64,000 bases of DNA from a bacterium (GCA_963617535.1 CAVEPD010000005.1:20-64019), one strand, 5' to 3'; shown: positions 47,710-57,136, numbered from the stretch's first letter. Translations and numbers: made by a program. The notes: a model not told the origin generated them from the sequence alone.

Positions 47710-49498
47710 GCTCAAGAAATTCTTCTTCGTCCTCGCGGCCAGCGCGACGATGGCTCTCGCTTCGTGCGATGTCGACGCCGAGCTGACTGCCAGTGAAAAA
47801 GAAGCCCCTATCCTCGTCAACAGCGAGAGTAAGACGAACCCGAACATCTACAACAACGACATGGAACGGATTTACGATGCTCTCGTCACCGCGGGCGACA
47901 CCAATTCCGAGAAGATCCTCAACAACATCCTTCTCGTCTTGGCTCAGTCCAAATATGGTTCCTTCTACGATGCTGTAGACGAGAACGGAAACACAACGAG
48001 CACCGGTCTTTACACCCTCGTCACCAAGTCTGATGATGAAATTTATTCCTTCGCCGCAAGCCACCCGATTTACAAAATCGAAGGCGCGGACGACGCCGAG
48101 ACCAAGGCTCTCACCGTCGCCAACGTCAAAGACTTCGTGAACACCTTGGTCACCACCATCAAGAAATCCTTCTGGAGCACCGTCAAAAACAGCAGTTATC
48201 AAGAAAGAAACTACTTCATCGAGTATCTCTTCTTCAAGGCAGAGAAAGCCGAACTCTACGACTTCTCTTCCGTAAGCGATACGATGCTCGAGGAAATCCA
48301 GCTTTCGCGCTTCCTCGTTAACGGACACGATACCTATGAGGACGTCGACAACTACTTCGCAGATGACTGGATCCACACCTACCAGGATTACATCGAAAGA
48401 TCGATCCTCCAGAGTGCTTACCGTAAAGCCCTCGTCGAGAGCTACCTCATCTCCAACAACTATGGCGTTCTCGGCCGTTCCTACGCGCGTAAAGTCCAAT
48501 ATGTAGCGATTAAAGACGAGAATAGCGGCGACCACCTTGGCTCCCTCTATCGCCTCTTCCACGCTTATGCAAAATACATCCTTGAAGCGACCGACGACGA
48601 AATCAACACGGCCGCCGGAACTTCGCTAAGCGCGGACGATATTGCCTCCTTCCGCGATCTCCGTTTCCTTGACACCCTCTACATCGGTTATTTCAACAAG
48701 GTCGAACAGGCTTCCGATGAATACAAAGTCGCTAAATATATTTACGGCAAAGCTGGCTTCACCTCTGATGCGGGCGTCGTAACGAATGATGATGGCGATG
48801 AACTCTCTGTTCCTTTCTACAAAGAAACCAAATACGGCAAGCTCATCATCGACTATCGTAAGCAGGCCACTGACCGTTGGCACACTAGCGAATCCTCCAC
48901 GGATTTCACGAGTTCCAATGCCTACACCAAAGAGACCGGTCTTAAGATTGAGACCGATTCCATCCTCACCACGAACAACGTCACCCAGGGCTGGTACACC
49001 TCCTCTGGATTAAGTGACCTTGCCAGCGACTTCAAGACGCGTCTATTCAAAATGAACGTCGCGAACGAGCTCGATACCGCCGCGAATTATGACGAGGTTA
49101 CCGGACGCGATGATGGCACCTACACCACTCGTTTGCAGGCTGATGGCAAATACTACCTCATGCCTGAAACCTATGACGACGCGAGCGCAGACGCCACTCC
49201 TTATGTCCTCTACGATTCCTCTTCCACCACTTGGTACATCATCCGCATCGATGAAGCGGTGAAAGCGAACAAGCTCGTCAAAAACGGTGACAACTACTAC
49301 GACACCGTCGCGAAGGCAAATCGCTCGGGCAGTCAAACCGCGAACCAGATCGTCTGGGAAATCGCCGGGCTTCTCGGAGATTCCGACACCTATAAGAAAG
49401 CCGCCAATCAACACTACGTTGAAGAAGCCGCCATCTCTTATCACGACGACACCGTCTACGAATACTTCGAAAAGACCTTCCCCGATCTCTTCGACTAA
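47696..49498 (+). CDS. Large acidic lipoprotein, function unknown
   Basis: Signal peptide MAKSKLKKFFFVLAASATMALAS|C with the lipobox LASC. Overlaps the preceding lipoprotein gene by 14 nt. Confidence 0.8.
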   Translation: MAKSKLKKFFFVLAASATMALASCDVDAELTASEKEAPILVNSESKTNPNIYNNDMERIYDALVTAGDTNSEKILNNILLVLAQSKYGSFYDAVDENGNTTSTGLYTLVTKSDDEIYSFAASHPIYKIEGADDAETKALTVANVKDFVNTLVTTIKKSFWSTVKNSSYQERNYFIEYLFFKAEKAELYDFSSVSDTMLEEIQLSRFLVNGHDTYEDVDNYFADDWIHTYQDYIERSILQSAYRKALVESYLISNNYGVLGRSYARKVQYVAIKDENSGDHLGSLYRLFHAYAKYILEATDDEINTAAGTSLSADDIASFRDLRFLDTLYIGYFNKVEQASDEYKVAKYIYGKAGFTSDAGVVTNDDGDELSVPFYKETKYGKLIIDYRKQATDRWHTSESSTDFTSSNAYTKETGLKIETDSILTTNNVTQGWYTSSGLSDLASDFKTRLFKMNVANELDTAANYDEVTGRDDGTYTTRLQADGKYYLMPETYDDASADATPYVLYDSSSTTWYIIRIDEAVKANKLVKNGDNYYDTVAKANRSGSQTANQIVWEIAGLLGDSDTYKKAANQHYVEEAAISYHDDTVYEYFEKTFPDLFD

Positions 49499-49504
49499 GC
49501 GTTT

Positions 49505-49534
49505 AAGCGGTCCGCAAAACGGACCGCTTTTTTG
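49505..49534 (+). terminator. Rho-independent terminator of the lipoprotein operon
   Basis: AAGCGGTCCG-CAAAA-CGGACCGCTT followed by TTTTG. Confidence 0.85.
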
Positions 49535-49585
49535 ATGCCTCTTATGCGAATTGACCTATAATTTAAGGAAAGAAGGAGAAGCAAT

Positions 49586-50002
49586 ATGAAAGATATCTTC
49601 TGCAAAATCATCGACGGGGAAATCCCCAGCACAAAAGTCTATGAAGACGATGATGTGCTCGCGATTCTCGACGTCTCGCAAACCACGAAAGGCCATACTT
49701 TGGTCATGCCGAAAAAACATTATCAGGATTTTCTGAGCACCCCCACGGAAATCACCCACAAAGTCTATGACGTGGCCCAAAGGTTAGGCCAAGCCATGGT
49801 TGGCGTGCTTGGGGCTAAGGGAGTCAATATCCTCACCAACGCCGGCGAAGCGGCCGGACAAAGCGTGCCTCATTTCCATGTGCACGTCATCCCTCGTTAT
49901 ACAGGCGGAGAGGGAGGCTTCCAAATCAGCATGAAAGCCCAGGACACCTCCTCAATGGACCTGCCTCGTCTCGCCTTGAGCATCAAAGAAGGCATCAAGT
50001 AA
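49586..50002 (+). CDS. HIT-family (Hint-like) nucleotide hydrolase
   Basis: Histidine triad HFHVHVIP. 138 aa. AAGGAG SD. Confidence 0.9.
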   Translation: MKDIFCKIIDGEIPSTKVYEDDDVLAILDVSQTTKGHTLVMPKKHYQDFLSTPTEITHKVYDVAQRLGQAMVGVLGAKGVNILTNAGEAAGQSVPHFHVHVIPRYTGGEGGFQISMKAQDTSSMDLPRLALSIKEGIK

Positions 50003-50041
50003 AAAAGAAGGCTTCTGGGTCAACGCCTAGAAGCCTTTTCG
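50001..50041. terminator. Bidirectional terminator between the HIT and yhaM genes
   Basis: AAAAAA-GAAGGCTTCT-(loop)-AGAAGCCTT-TTC. Confidence 0.7.
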
Positions 50042-50048
50042 TTTGCCT

Positions 50049-51098
50049 TTATTTCTTAAGAAGGTCATCCGTCTCCGCGATTCCTAAGCCAGGGTCTTTA
50101 TGCTCTGGCGAATAGAAGGGATAGTAGAAGCAGCGATCGTCCAAGGTGAAGAGCTTGGAGGTATACTCACCTTTTTTGGTGGAGGCATACGCCTTATCGA
50201 GAATCATCATCTTCGCGTCAAAGTCATCGATCATGGAAACGGCGAGGGCTTCGCGGGTAAGTGGGATGACGGCGCAGCCAAATTCGGGTTTGCCGTGATG
50301 AGACAAAAGGATGTGCTCAAAAGTAACGGCGATCTCGTATTTATGGAAGGCTTCATTTCTTTCTTCTTCTGGGACATCCTGGCCCATATCTTTATAAGCA
50401 AAGTAGCCTAAGCGCAACGCGGCCTCGCGAACCAAAGAGGCCCCAATGGTAAGATGGCCAAGAAGTTTGCCTTCTAAGGTGTAGGAGGTGGCTTCAGGGC
50501 CTGAAAGTTCAATCACTTTGCCAAGATCATGAAGGATGACTCCGCCTAATAACACATCACGGTTCAAAGAGGGATATATCTTATATAAGGATATAGCGGC
50601 ATCCGCCATCGTGAGCGAATGGTAAAGAAGGCCAGAGACATAGTTATGATGGTTTTTCGTCGCCGCGGGCCAGGTAAGGAATTTCTCTTTATAGCCTTTT
50701 AAAGATTCGCATACGAGCGTCTTCACATCGGGATCCTCTAAAGAATTGAGGTAATCCCTAAGCTTCGCCATCAAGACATCCTTTGGCATTGGGGCGTTCG
50801 CGATGAACCTCGACCAATCAACGCCTTCTCTAGGGAGGATTTCGCGATCATAAATTTTAAGTTGCAACGCATCGCGATAAGAAAGGACATCCGCGTTGAT
50901 GCGAACCAAATTTCCTTTGGCGAAGATGGTTTCATCATCCGGGCCGACATCCCAGATTTTGCCATCGATTGAACCCGAGGCATCTTGCAAAGAAATGGTT
51001 AAGTAGCGTTTGCCGGTGTTGCCGACTCCGGACTTGCAGTCAGTAACAACGAAATCGGCCCCTTCAAGGCGCAGCCCGGAATGAAAATCGGAAATCAT
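50049..51098 (-). CDS. yhaM: 3'-5' exoribonuclease YhaM (OB-fold + HD domain)
   Basis: N-terminal OB fold and HD domain (ILHDLGK...SHHG). Confidence 0.85.
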   Translation of the reverse strand: MISDFHSGLRLEGADFVVTDCKSGVGNTGKRYLTISLQDASGSIDGKIWDVGPDDETIFAKGNLVRINADVLSYRDALQLKIYDREILPREGVDWSRFIANAPMPKDVLMAKLRDYLNSLEDPDVKTLVCESLKGYKEKFLTWPAATKNHHNYVSGLLYHSLTMADAAISLYKIYPSLNRDVLLGGVILHDLGKVIELSGPEATSYTLEGKLLGHLTIGASLVREAALRLGYFAYKDMGQDVPEEERNEAFHKYEIAVTFEHILLSHHGKPEFGCAVIPLTREALAVSMIDDFDAKMMILDKAYASTKKGEYTSKLFTLDDRCFYYPFYSPEHKDPGLGIAETDDLLKK

Positions 51099-51925
51099 AA
51101 TTGTTCCTCCTTCTTTTTAACGATTAAAGATGAAACATCGTCATAATCATAGCCTTTGCGAAGCAGGCTTTTAATGACGGATTCGTAAATCTTTTTGCCT
51201 TCATATTTGCGGGAATAACGGGCATAAGCAAGTTCAAAATCCCGCAAAAGCCTGCTCTTTTCTTCTTCTGCGTCATTGGGAGTGAGTTTTTCTTCAATCG
51301 CCCTTGAAGCGATGTCATAGGAAAATCCGCGGGTGATCAAGGCACGAATCGCCTTGTCTTTCTTTGCCCCGTTGGCGGCTTTGGCGTACTTCTTATCAAG
51401 AAGAGAAGCCGCCGTGCAGGCCCTTTCGAATTCCTTCTCTTCTGGGAATTCCAGTTTTGAGAGGATGCCTTCGCCAATCCCTTTATGTTTCAATTCAGCG
51501 AGAATCTTGTTTTTCCCAAGGCAGCGAAGCTCAGCAATGTCTTCGACGAAAACTTTGGCGTAGCGTTCATCGTCCAAGAGATCCTCTTTTTTGAGACGTT
51601 CGATGATGGAGGAAGTTTGTTTCGCATCCGCGCCTTTGCTAAGCAATTTATTGGAAATCGCGGACACCGTGTAGTTGTCTTTGCCCAAAAGACGCAAAGC
51701 ATAGTCATAGAATTCGCCTTCCTTTTCATAGGAAAGAAGGCTCGCAAGTTCTTCTTCGCCGAGCTTTTTCCCTTCGTATAAGCGGAATTCCGTATAGGAA
51801 GAATGGGAAAGTTTCAGCTTTTCTCCGTTCGAAAGGATTACGACAACAGTCGAGGATTTCTTTTTGATCTCTTTGATTGCATTACCAGTTTGCTTTCCAG
51901 ACACGGCGGTACACCCCCATTGCAT
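51095..51925 (-). CDS. recX: RecX-family recombination regulator (start uncertain; GTG 51904 possible)
   Basis: Repeated three-helix RecX-like modules (YALRLLGKDNYTV..., RALITRGFSYDIA..., SLLRKGYDYDDV). Long Firmicutes-type form. Confidence 0.7.
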   Translation of the reverse strand: MQWGCTAVSGKQTGNAIKEIKKKSSTVVVILSNGEKLKLSHSSYTEFRLYEGKKLGEEELASLLSYEKEGEFYDYALRLLGKDNYTVSAISNKLLSKGADAKQTSSIIERLKKEDLLDDERYAKVFVEDIAELRCLGKNKILAELKHKGIGEGILSKLEFPEEKEFERACTAASLLDKKYAKAANGAKKDKAIRALITRGFSYDIASRAIEEKLTPNDAEEEKSRLLRDFELAYARYSRKYEGKKIYESVIKSLLRKGYDYDDVSSLIVKKKEEQL

Positions 51926-53057
51926 TTTGATAGAACTTTTCCATGGAATATGGGTCGATTGCTTCTAAAGCGGCATCGATAATCTTCTTCCGTTTTTCCT
52001 CAGGCAAATCAATCAAGAAGCCCAATTTCTCCGTAAAATCCTCTTCGTTATTAAAGAAGAATCCCGTTTCGCCTTCTTTTATCGTACCGATTAAGTTATC
52101 GTCGTAACGCGCTAAAACAGGCAATTCGGCCGCCATTGCTTCCATGAAGGTCAGGCCTTGGGTCTCCGTGATAGAGGCGCTAACGAAGCAATCGCCAAGG
52201 TGATAATAACGTTGGGTCTCATCGGGTTTGCAAGCGCCCCCAAAGATTACGTTATCCTCAATCCCGAGCCTTCCCGCAAGTTCTTTGAGCTCATTCTCCG
52301 CGGGGCCCCAACCAATAATTAGGAACTTCGTCCTTCTCTTTTGAGGTGACTGCAGGAACTTTGCATATCCTCTTAGAAGCACATCGATGCTTTTCTCTCT
52401 GGCGATACGCCCTAAAGAAAGAATGACATAGTCGCTAGGATCGATCCCGAATTTCGCTTTTAACGCAGCCACGTCCTCGTTGTTTTTGTTTTTAATCGAA
52501 AAGCGGTCGAGCTCAATCCCGGTAGGAATCACCGAGATGGAAGAATCGATTTGAATGGAACGAAGATAGTCTTTGATCTTGTCGCTCGGGGCAATGAATT
52601 CATTGAATCGAATAGCCTGACCTTTGAAGTAGAATCGGATGATGTGTCTTGCTGCACGGTCAAAATAGCCATGAGTGATGTAGTAAGCATAATCCTCAAG
52701 CATCGTATGGAAGGTATAAACCATCCCGCAATGGAAACGGCTCGCCGCGATAGTTCCAAAAATACCGACGCCAACATCGGTTTGACAGTGCACAACATCA
52801 GGCTTGAATCTTTCAACGATTTTCATCGCATCCTTCGAATAAAAATTCGACATACGATAACCGTAGAGTTTCTTTAGGTAAATCCCAGGGATTCTTAACA
52901 CCCCATCCTCAAGAGTGACCTTATTGGAGAAAGGATTAGTAGTGACCACCAAAACATTCTCGCCATGAGCGATTAGGGTTTTGCGGAGATTAAAGGTCGA
53001 CGTAGCGACCCCGTTAATCTCTGGAGGATAAGTATCCGAACACAAAAGCACGTTCAT
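51882..53057 (-). CDS. GT4-family glycosyltransferase, diacylglycerol glucosyltransferase-like
   Basis: N-terminus MNVLLCSDTYPPEINGVATS and the C-terminal E-x7-E region of GT-B/GT4 enzymes. Resembles Acholeplasma/streptococcal glucolipid synthases. Confidence 0.7.
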   Translation of the reverse strand: MNVLLCSDTYPPEINGVATSTFNLRKTLIAHGENVLVVTTNPFSNKVTLEDGVLRIPGIYLKKLYGYRMSNFYSKDAMKIVERFKPDVVHCQTDVGVGIFGTIAASRFHCGMVYTFHTMLEDYAYYITHGYFDRAARHIIRFYFKGQAIRFNEFIAPSDKIKDYLRSIQIDSSISVIPTGIELDRFSIKNKNNEDVAALKAKFGIDPSDYVILSLGRIAREKSIDVLLRGYAKFLQSPQKRRTKFLIIGWGPAENELKELAGRLGIEDNVIFGGACKPDETQRYYHLGDCFVSASITETQGLTFMEAMAAELPVLARYDDNLIGTIKEGETGFFFNNEEDFTEKLGFLIDLPEEKRKKIIDAALEAIDPYSMEKFYQNAMGVYRRVWKANW

Positions 53058-54595
53058 CAGATATCAAGGGATTCCCAGGAATCCTCCTCCTTGCTCTTTT
53101 TGTTGATGACCTTTTTGACTTTCTTCGGCTTCACTTTCTTTTGAGCGGGTTTCTTAGTCTCGACCGTCTCCTCTCTCGTCTCCGTGGCTTTGTTTTGGTC
53201 TTCGATGAAAGCAGAATCGAATTCCTCTAGTTTATCAGGCGTAATCGCATTCTTCTTTTTGCCGCCAAAAATATTCTTCGTGGTCGCGCGGAGTTTGTCT
53301 TGGATGGCTTTGCGGGACAACTGAGAGGTCTCATACATCGTATCCGCGCTCTTCTTACGTTCGTCATAAGTCTCTAGCTGCAAGGTAACAAAGGTCTCGC
53401 GGTTCGCATAGTTTAAGGATTCCTTTGGACGGGACTTGTAGAAAGCTGAGACGAGCCCAGAGATCAGCAAGACGATATGGAAGGTCGAAGTTCTCCACAA
53501 AATAAGGGAAGAAGAGATGACCGCCGAATCGCCGTTAAAGAAGTTTCTGAATAGATAGCCATAAAAAAGCTCAGAAACTCCGGCAGAACCAGGCAAAGGA
53601 ATAATGCCCGTGACCATTTGATGGAAGGCGCTGAGGAAGGAAGCTTCAAAAAGACGAGGAACGGAGAAAGTTTCGTTGTAGCCCATCGCTAAGCCCGAAA
53701 GGTAAGGAATGCAGAAACGAAGGAAAAGCATAATGAGGAAAAGAGTTATTTGCAAAATCACAACAGGGATGTTCGACTGCAAACGGCGTAGTTCGATTTT
53801 GAAGTTCTCAACCTGCACGCGGAGGCTTTCTCTCGTCTTGTCGGGTTTTTTGAGAATATGAATCTTCCCAAGGAAACCAATCACATAATGAAGGATGAAG
53901 TTATGGAACTTATGGCTATAACTCATCAAGAAAAGAAGCAAGATGATGGAGATGTTAAGAAGGAAGCCGAAAATGATGATCGGCACCATTGGAATGTTCA
54001 CGTGCCACTGGAAGATATCGAACTCGATGCCAGAGATGGCCATGATGTTATTGAATTCGAATCCGAAGGCGACAAAGTCAAAAAGAATCAAAGCTGTTTG
54101 ATAAAGGATGAATGACATGACCATGATAGAGGCGGCGCTTGAAACCGGGATGCCTTGGCTCTTCATGGTATAGGTTTGCATGACCTGACCTCCGCTAGAG
54201 CCCGGGGTCACGTCGCTATAGAACTGACCAATCAAGGAAGTCGCGACAGCCTGATGGTATTTGTAATGCCTCGTATAGAGACGGCAGAAGACCAGAATAA
54301 TTAGGGCGTCCACCATATAGGAAAGAGTGACGCATCCGGCAATGATGAGCATATAGACCCAACCGTTCACCGTGCTGAAGGAGTTTTTGAAGCATTCGAC
54401 GACCTGGTTGAATTGATTCCAAAGAGAAAAGGTTAAAGAAAGCCCGGTCGCGATTAAAACAATCAAAAGGTAGATGACATAACGAACTATGCCTTTTTTC
54501 TTTTTCTCTTTTGGTTCTTCGACTGGGTATGAGTCTTGCATAGCCTCAGTAGTATAGACCTCCTTTTCCTTCTTAGGAAGGAAGGGAATCACCAA
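53057..54595 (-). CDS. Lysylphosphatidylglycerol-synthase-TM-region (UPF0104, flippase-like) membrane protein with a Lys-rich tail
   Basis: About 8 TM segments with a GSSGGQV-type motif of the MprF flippase-like family. No synthase domain. C-terminal tail KKPAQKKVKPKKVKKVINKKSK. Confidence 0.6.
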   Translation of the reverse strand: MVIPFLPKKEKEVYTTEAMQDSYPVEEPKEKKKKGIVRYVIYLLIVLIATGLSLTFSLWNQFNQVVECFKNSFSTVNGWVYMLIIAGCVTLSYMVDALIILVFCRLYTRHYKYHQAVATSLIGQFYSDVTPGSSGGQVMQTYTMKSQGIPVSSAASIMVMSFILYQTALILFDFVAFGFEFNNIMAISGIEFDIFQWHVNIPMVPIIIFGFLLNISIILLLFLMSYSHKFHNFILHYVIGFLGKIHILKKPDKTRESLRVQVENFKIELRRLQSNIPVVILQITLFLIMLFLRFCIPYLSGLAMGYNETFSVPRLFEASFLSAFHQMVTGIIPLPGSAGVSELFYGYLFRNFFNGDSAVISSSLILWRTSTFHIVLLISGLVSAFYKSRPKESLNYANRETFVTLQLETYDERKKSADTMYETSQLSRKAIQDKLRATTKNIFGGKKKNAITPDKLEEFDSAFIEDQNKATETREETVETKKPAQKKVKPKKVKKVINKKSKEEDSWESLDI

Positions 54596-55292
54596 GAGGG
54601 CCTTCTTTTATGACCGCAATATCCCTAGAAAATTCAAATACGTAAGGAACGCCGAAAGGTATTTCAAGCGCAAAAATGGCATTATTTGGTATTTTTGCAA
54701 GGATTTTGCGAATCGCGCGAATCGAATTGCCATGAGCGGATATCAAGATATTGCGGTCTTTTTGAAGCTCGGGAACGATTTTTTCCCGCAAAAACGGCTC
54801 AATTCTCGAAACAGTCATTTCTAGGGATTCACCTAGTGGACAATCCTCTTTTCTAAGAATCCCCTGCTCAATGAATTTTTGAAAATATGCATCGTTATAA
54901 GGGCATCTAGGGTCGTCTTCGTTCAAGAGAGGAGGAACGTCGAAATAGCCTCTCCGCCATTGTTCGACCTGAGTTTTCCCATAGGCTGAAGCGCACTCTT
55001 CTCTACTTCTTCCCTGGAGGGTTCCATAATGCCGTTCGTTAAGTCGCCAATCCATGATTGGCTCCACGCAAGAACCAAGCTCATTCAAAAAGAGATCGGC
55101 GCTGACTTTGGTTCTAGAAAGCAAAGAGCAATAGCAAACGTCAATCCGGAGTCCGCTTTGTTTTGCAACCCTTCCAGCCGCTCTTGCTTCTTCTTTCCCT
55201 TTGTCCGTCAAAGGAACTTCCGTCCACCCCGTGAAGCGATTCTCGAGATTGAACTGCGATTGTCCATGTCGAAGCAAAATCAGCTTTCCCAT
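54573..55292 (-). CDS. gpmA: 2,3-bisphosphoglycerate-dependent phosphoglycerate mutase
   Basis: LLRHGQSQFNLENRFTGW catalytic His motif and SAHGNS second His. Confidence 0.9.
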   Translation of the reverse strand: MGKLILLRHGQSQFNLENRFTGWTEVPLTDKGKEEARAAGRVAKQSGLRIDVCYCSLLSRTKVSADLFLNELGSCVEPIMDWRLNERHYGTLQGRSREECASAYGKTQVEQWRRGYFDVPPLLNEDDPRCPYNDAYFQKFIEQGILRKEDCPLGESLEMTVSRIEPFLREKIVPELQKDRNILISAHGNSIRAIRKILAKIPNNAIFALEIPFGVPYVFEFSRDIAVIKEGPLGDSLPS

Positions 55293-55389
55293 GTGCGCTA
55301 TCTTAACGCATTTTGAGAGGGCTTTCTTTTGGTTTTGTTGTTCAACTCGCGCGTATGCGCCTACAATTGGGGCGAAAGAAGGATAGAAA

Positions 55390-55725
55390 ATGAAAAAAGT
55401 ACTCTATCTAATCCTCGAAAACGGCACCGCCGCTCTCGACGTGTTTGATTCCATTCGTAAAGAAGGATTCAACGGCACATTAATGCACACCACCTCTCTC
55501 CGTCACGCCATGGACGAGAACCAGCCAGAAGACACTCACTTCTTCTCGCTCGCGGCTTACGAAAGGCTGCATAGCCATGGCGAAGCTATGCTCGCCCTTT
55601 TTGTGGTGGACACCGACAAGCTAGACGAACTGAAGAAGCTCATCCGCGATCACACGAACAACTTTGAAGATATCCGCGGAGGCATGTTCTCCCGCGATAT
55701 CGAAGACTACGAAGGGTCGTTCTAA
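55390..55725 (+). CDS. Small soluble protein with a predicted PII-like beta-alpha-beta-beta-alpha-beta pattern, coupled to the antiporter gene
   Basis: 111 aa. GAAGGA SD. The stop lies 5 nt before the antiporter ATG. The fold assignment rests only on the hydrophobic/polar periodicity (VLYLILENG / DVFDSIRKEGF / GTLMHTT / long loop / AMLALFVV / LDELKKLIRDH). Confidence 0.45.
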   Translation: MKKVLYLILENGTAALDVFDSIRKEGFNGTLMHTTSLRHAMDENQPEDTHFFSLAAYERLHSHGEAMLALFVVDTDKLDELKKLIRDHTNNFEDIRGGMFSRDIEDYEGSF

Positions 55726-55730
55726 TTCCT

Positions 55731-57086
55731 ATGGCCATCAACTTCTTTTCGGTCACTCTTTATGTGGCCTGCCTCCTTTTAATGGGGCTTCTTTCCACTC
55801 GTTTGATGAAGATTTTCCATCTTCCTAACGTCACGGGTTACATCATCGCAGGCATCTTGATGGGGCCTTTCGTCTTCGGCCTTGCCTTCGTCGACTGGAG
55901 CCAAGTTCATTCTTTTGCTGACGTCGCAAGCCCATCCGTTAACCCCATCTACACCTATATTCACGGCAAGAGCGATGGACCGGATTATCTCAGCTGGGTC
56001 TCTTCGATCGCTCTTGGCTTCATCGCTTTCTCTATCGGCTCCTCTTTCAAACTCAGCGCGATCAAATCCGTCGGGAAACGCGTTATTTGGATCACCGTTC
56101 TGGAATCGGGGCTAGCCTCCATCGTCGTCATTCTCGGCTTGCTCGTCGCTCATTTCATCGCCCCCGAGCAAGTCGATATGCCCCTCGTCCTCACGCTTGG
56201 CGCGATTGCCGCAGCCACCGCGCCTGCCGCGACCCTTATGGTCGTGAAGCAATACAAAGCCAAAGGGCCTGTCGTAAGCACTTTGCTTCCTGTTGTCGCT
56301 TTGGATGACGCTACCGCGCTTATCTTCTTTGCCATCCTTTTCCAGATCGCCAGAACCTTAGCAACCGGCGGAGATTTCGATCTCTATGAAATGTTGGGCA
56401 AACCCTTAATCGAGATCGTCGTATCGCTTGGCATCGGCGCAGTCTTAGGCTTCGTCATGAGCTTTGCGACCCGTTACTTCAAGTCAAGGGCTAATCGCGT
56501 TACCTGGGCGATCTTCTCTATCTTCGCCAGCGTTGGTTTATACAATCTCTTCCGCCTTCCTCAATGCGGAAGCTTCGAGCTTTCCTCCTTGCTCATGTGC
56601 ATGATGGCGGGAGCCATCTATTGCAACATGGGGCAGGATTCCGGGAAGGTCTTTGATTTCATGGACCGTTTCACCTCGCCGATTTACATGCTCTTTTTCA
56701 TGATTTCCGGCGCTTCGCTTGATCTTACCGTCTTCTCTAAAGGCTACATGGTTCTTATCGTCGCCATTGTTTATCTCGTCTGCCGCGTCATCGGCAAATG
56801 GCTTGGCGCGTTCTCTGGGGCCACCATCACCCACGCGGAGCCCACGGTTAAGAAATACCTTGGGTTCACGCTTGTCCCTCAGGCCGGCGTAGCCATCGGT
56901 TTAGCCACCACCGCTTCTACTTTATTCGGGGAATCCTCCAACCCGGAGATCCAATCCATTGGAGCGATGATTGTCGCGGTCGTTCTTACTAGCACCTTAA
57001 TCTACGAGCTCACCGGACCGTTCATCACAAAAATCGCCCTTACGAAAGCGGGCGAAATCAAAGTGGACTCCACGAAAACCGCGTAA
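55731..57086 (+). CDS. Cation:proton antiporter (CPA2 / Na_H_Exchanger family), no RCK/KTN domain
   Basis: 451 aa, 12-13 TM, N-terminal LPNVTGYIIAGILMGP motif typical of the Kef/CPA2 family. Confidence 0.8.
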   Translation: MAINFFSVTLYVACLLLMGLLSTRLMKIFHLPNVTGYIIAGILMGPFVFGLAFVDWSQVHSFADVASPSVNPIYTYIHGKSDGPDYLSWVSSIALGFIAFSIGSSFKLSAIKSVGKRVIWITVLESGLASIVVILGLLVAHFIAPEQVDMPLVLTLGAIAAATAPAATLMVVKQYKAKGPVVSTLLPVVALDDATALIFFAILFQIARTLATGGDFDLYEMLGKPLIEIVVSLGIGAVLGFVMSFATRYFKSRANRVTWAIFSIFASVGLYNLFRLPQCGSFELSSLLMCMMAGAIYCNMGQDSGKVFDFMDRFTSPIYMLFFMISGASLDLTVFSKGYMVLIVAIVYLVCRVIGKWLGAFSGATITHAEPTVKKYLGFTLVPQAGVAIGLATTASTLFGESSNPEIQSIGAMIVAVVLTSTLIYELTGPFITKIALTKAGEIKVDSTKTA

Positions 57087-57107
57087 AACGAAAGCCGAAA
57101 ATTATTG

Positions 57108-57136
57108 GGCGAGGAAATACTTCTTCGCCTTTTTTC
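57108..57136 (+). terminator. Rho-independent terminator of the antiporter operon
   Basis: GGCGAGGAA-ATAC-TTCTTCGCC followed by TTTTTT. Confidence 0.75.

Noticed and set aside
45721-49444. Very long ORFs antisense to the lipoprotein genes: 45721-46431 (236 aa), 46438-47847 (469 aa), 47630-48562 (310 aa) and 49043-49444 (133 aa).
   Set aside because: They lie exactly opposite genes with strong GC3 codon bias, which removes stop codons from the antisense frame. Their translations are low-complexity (G/V/A/R/D/I-rich). They have no start signals or motifs and run across the junction of two well-supported sense genes.
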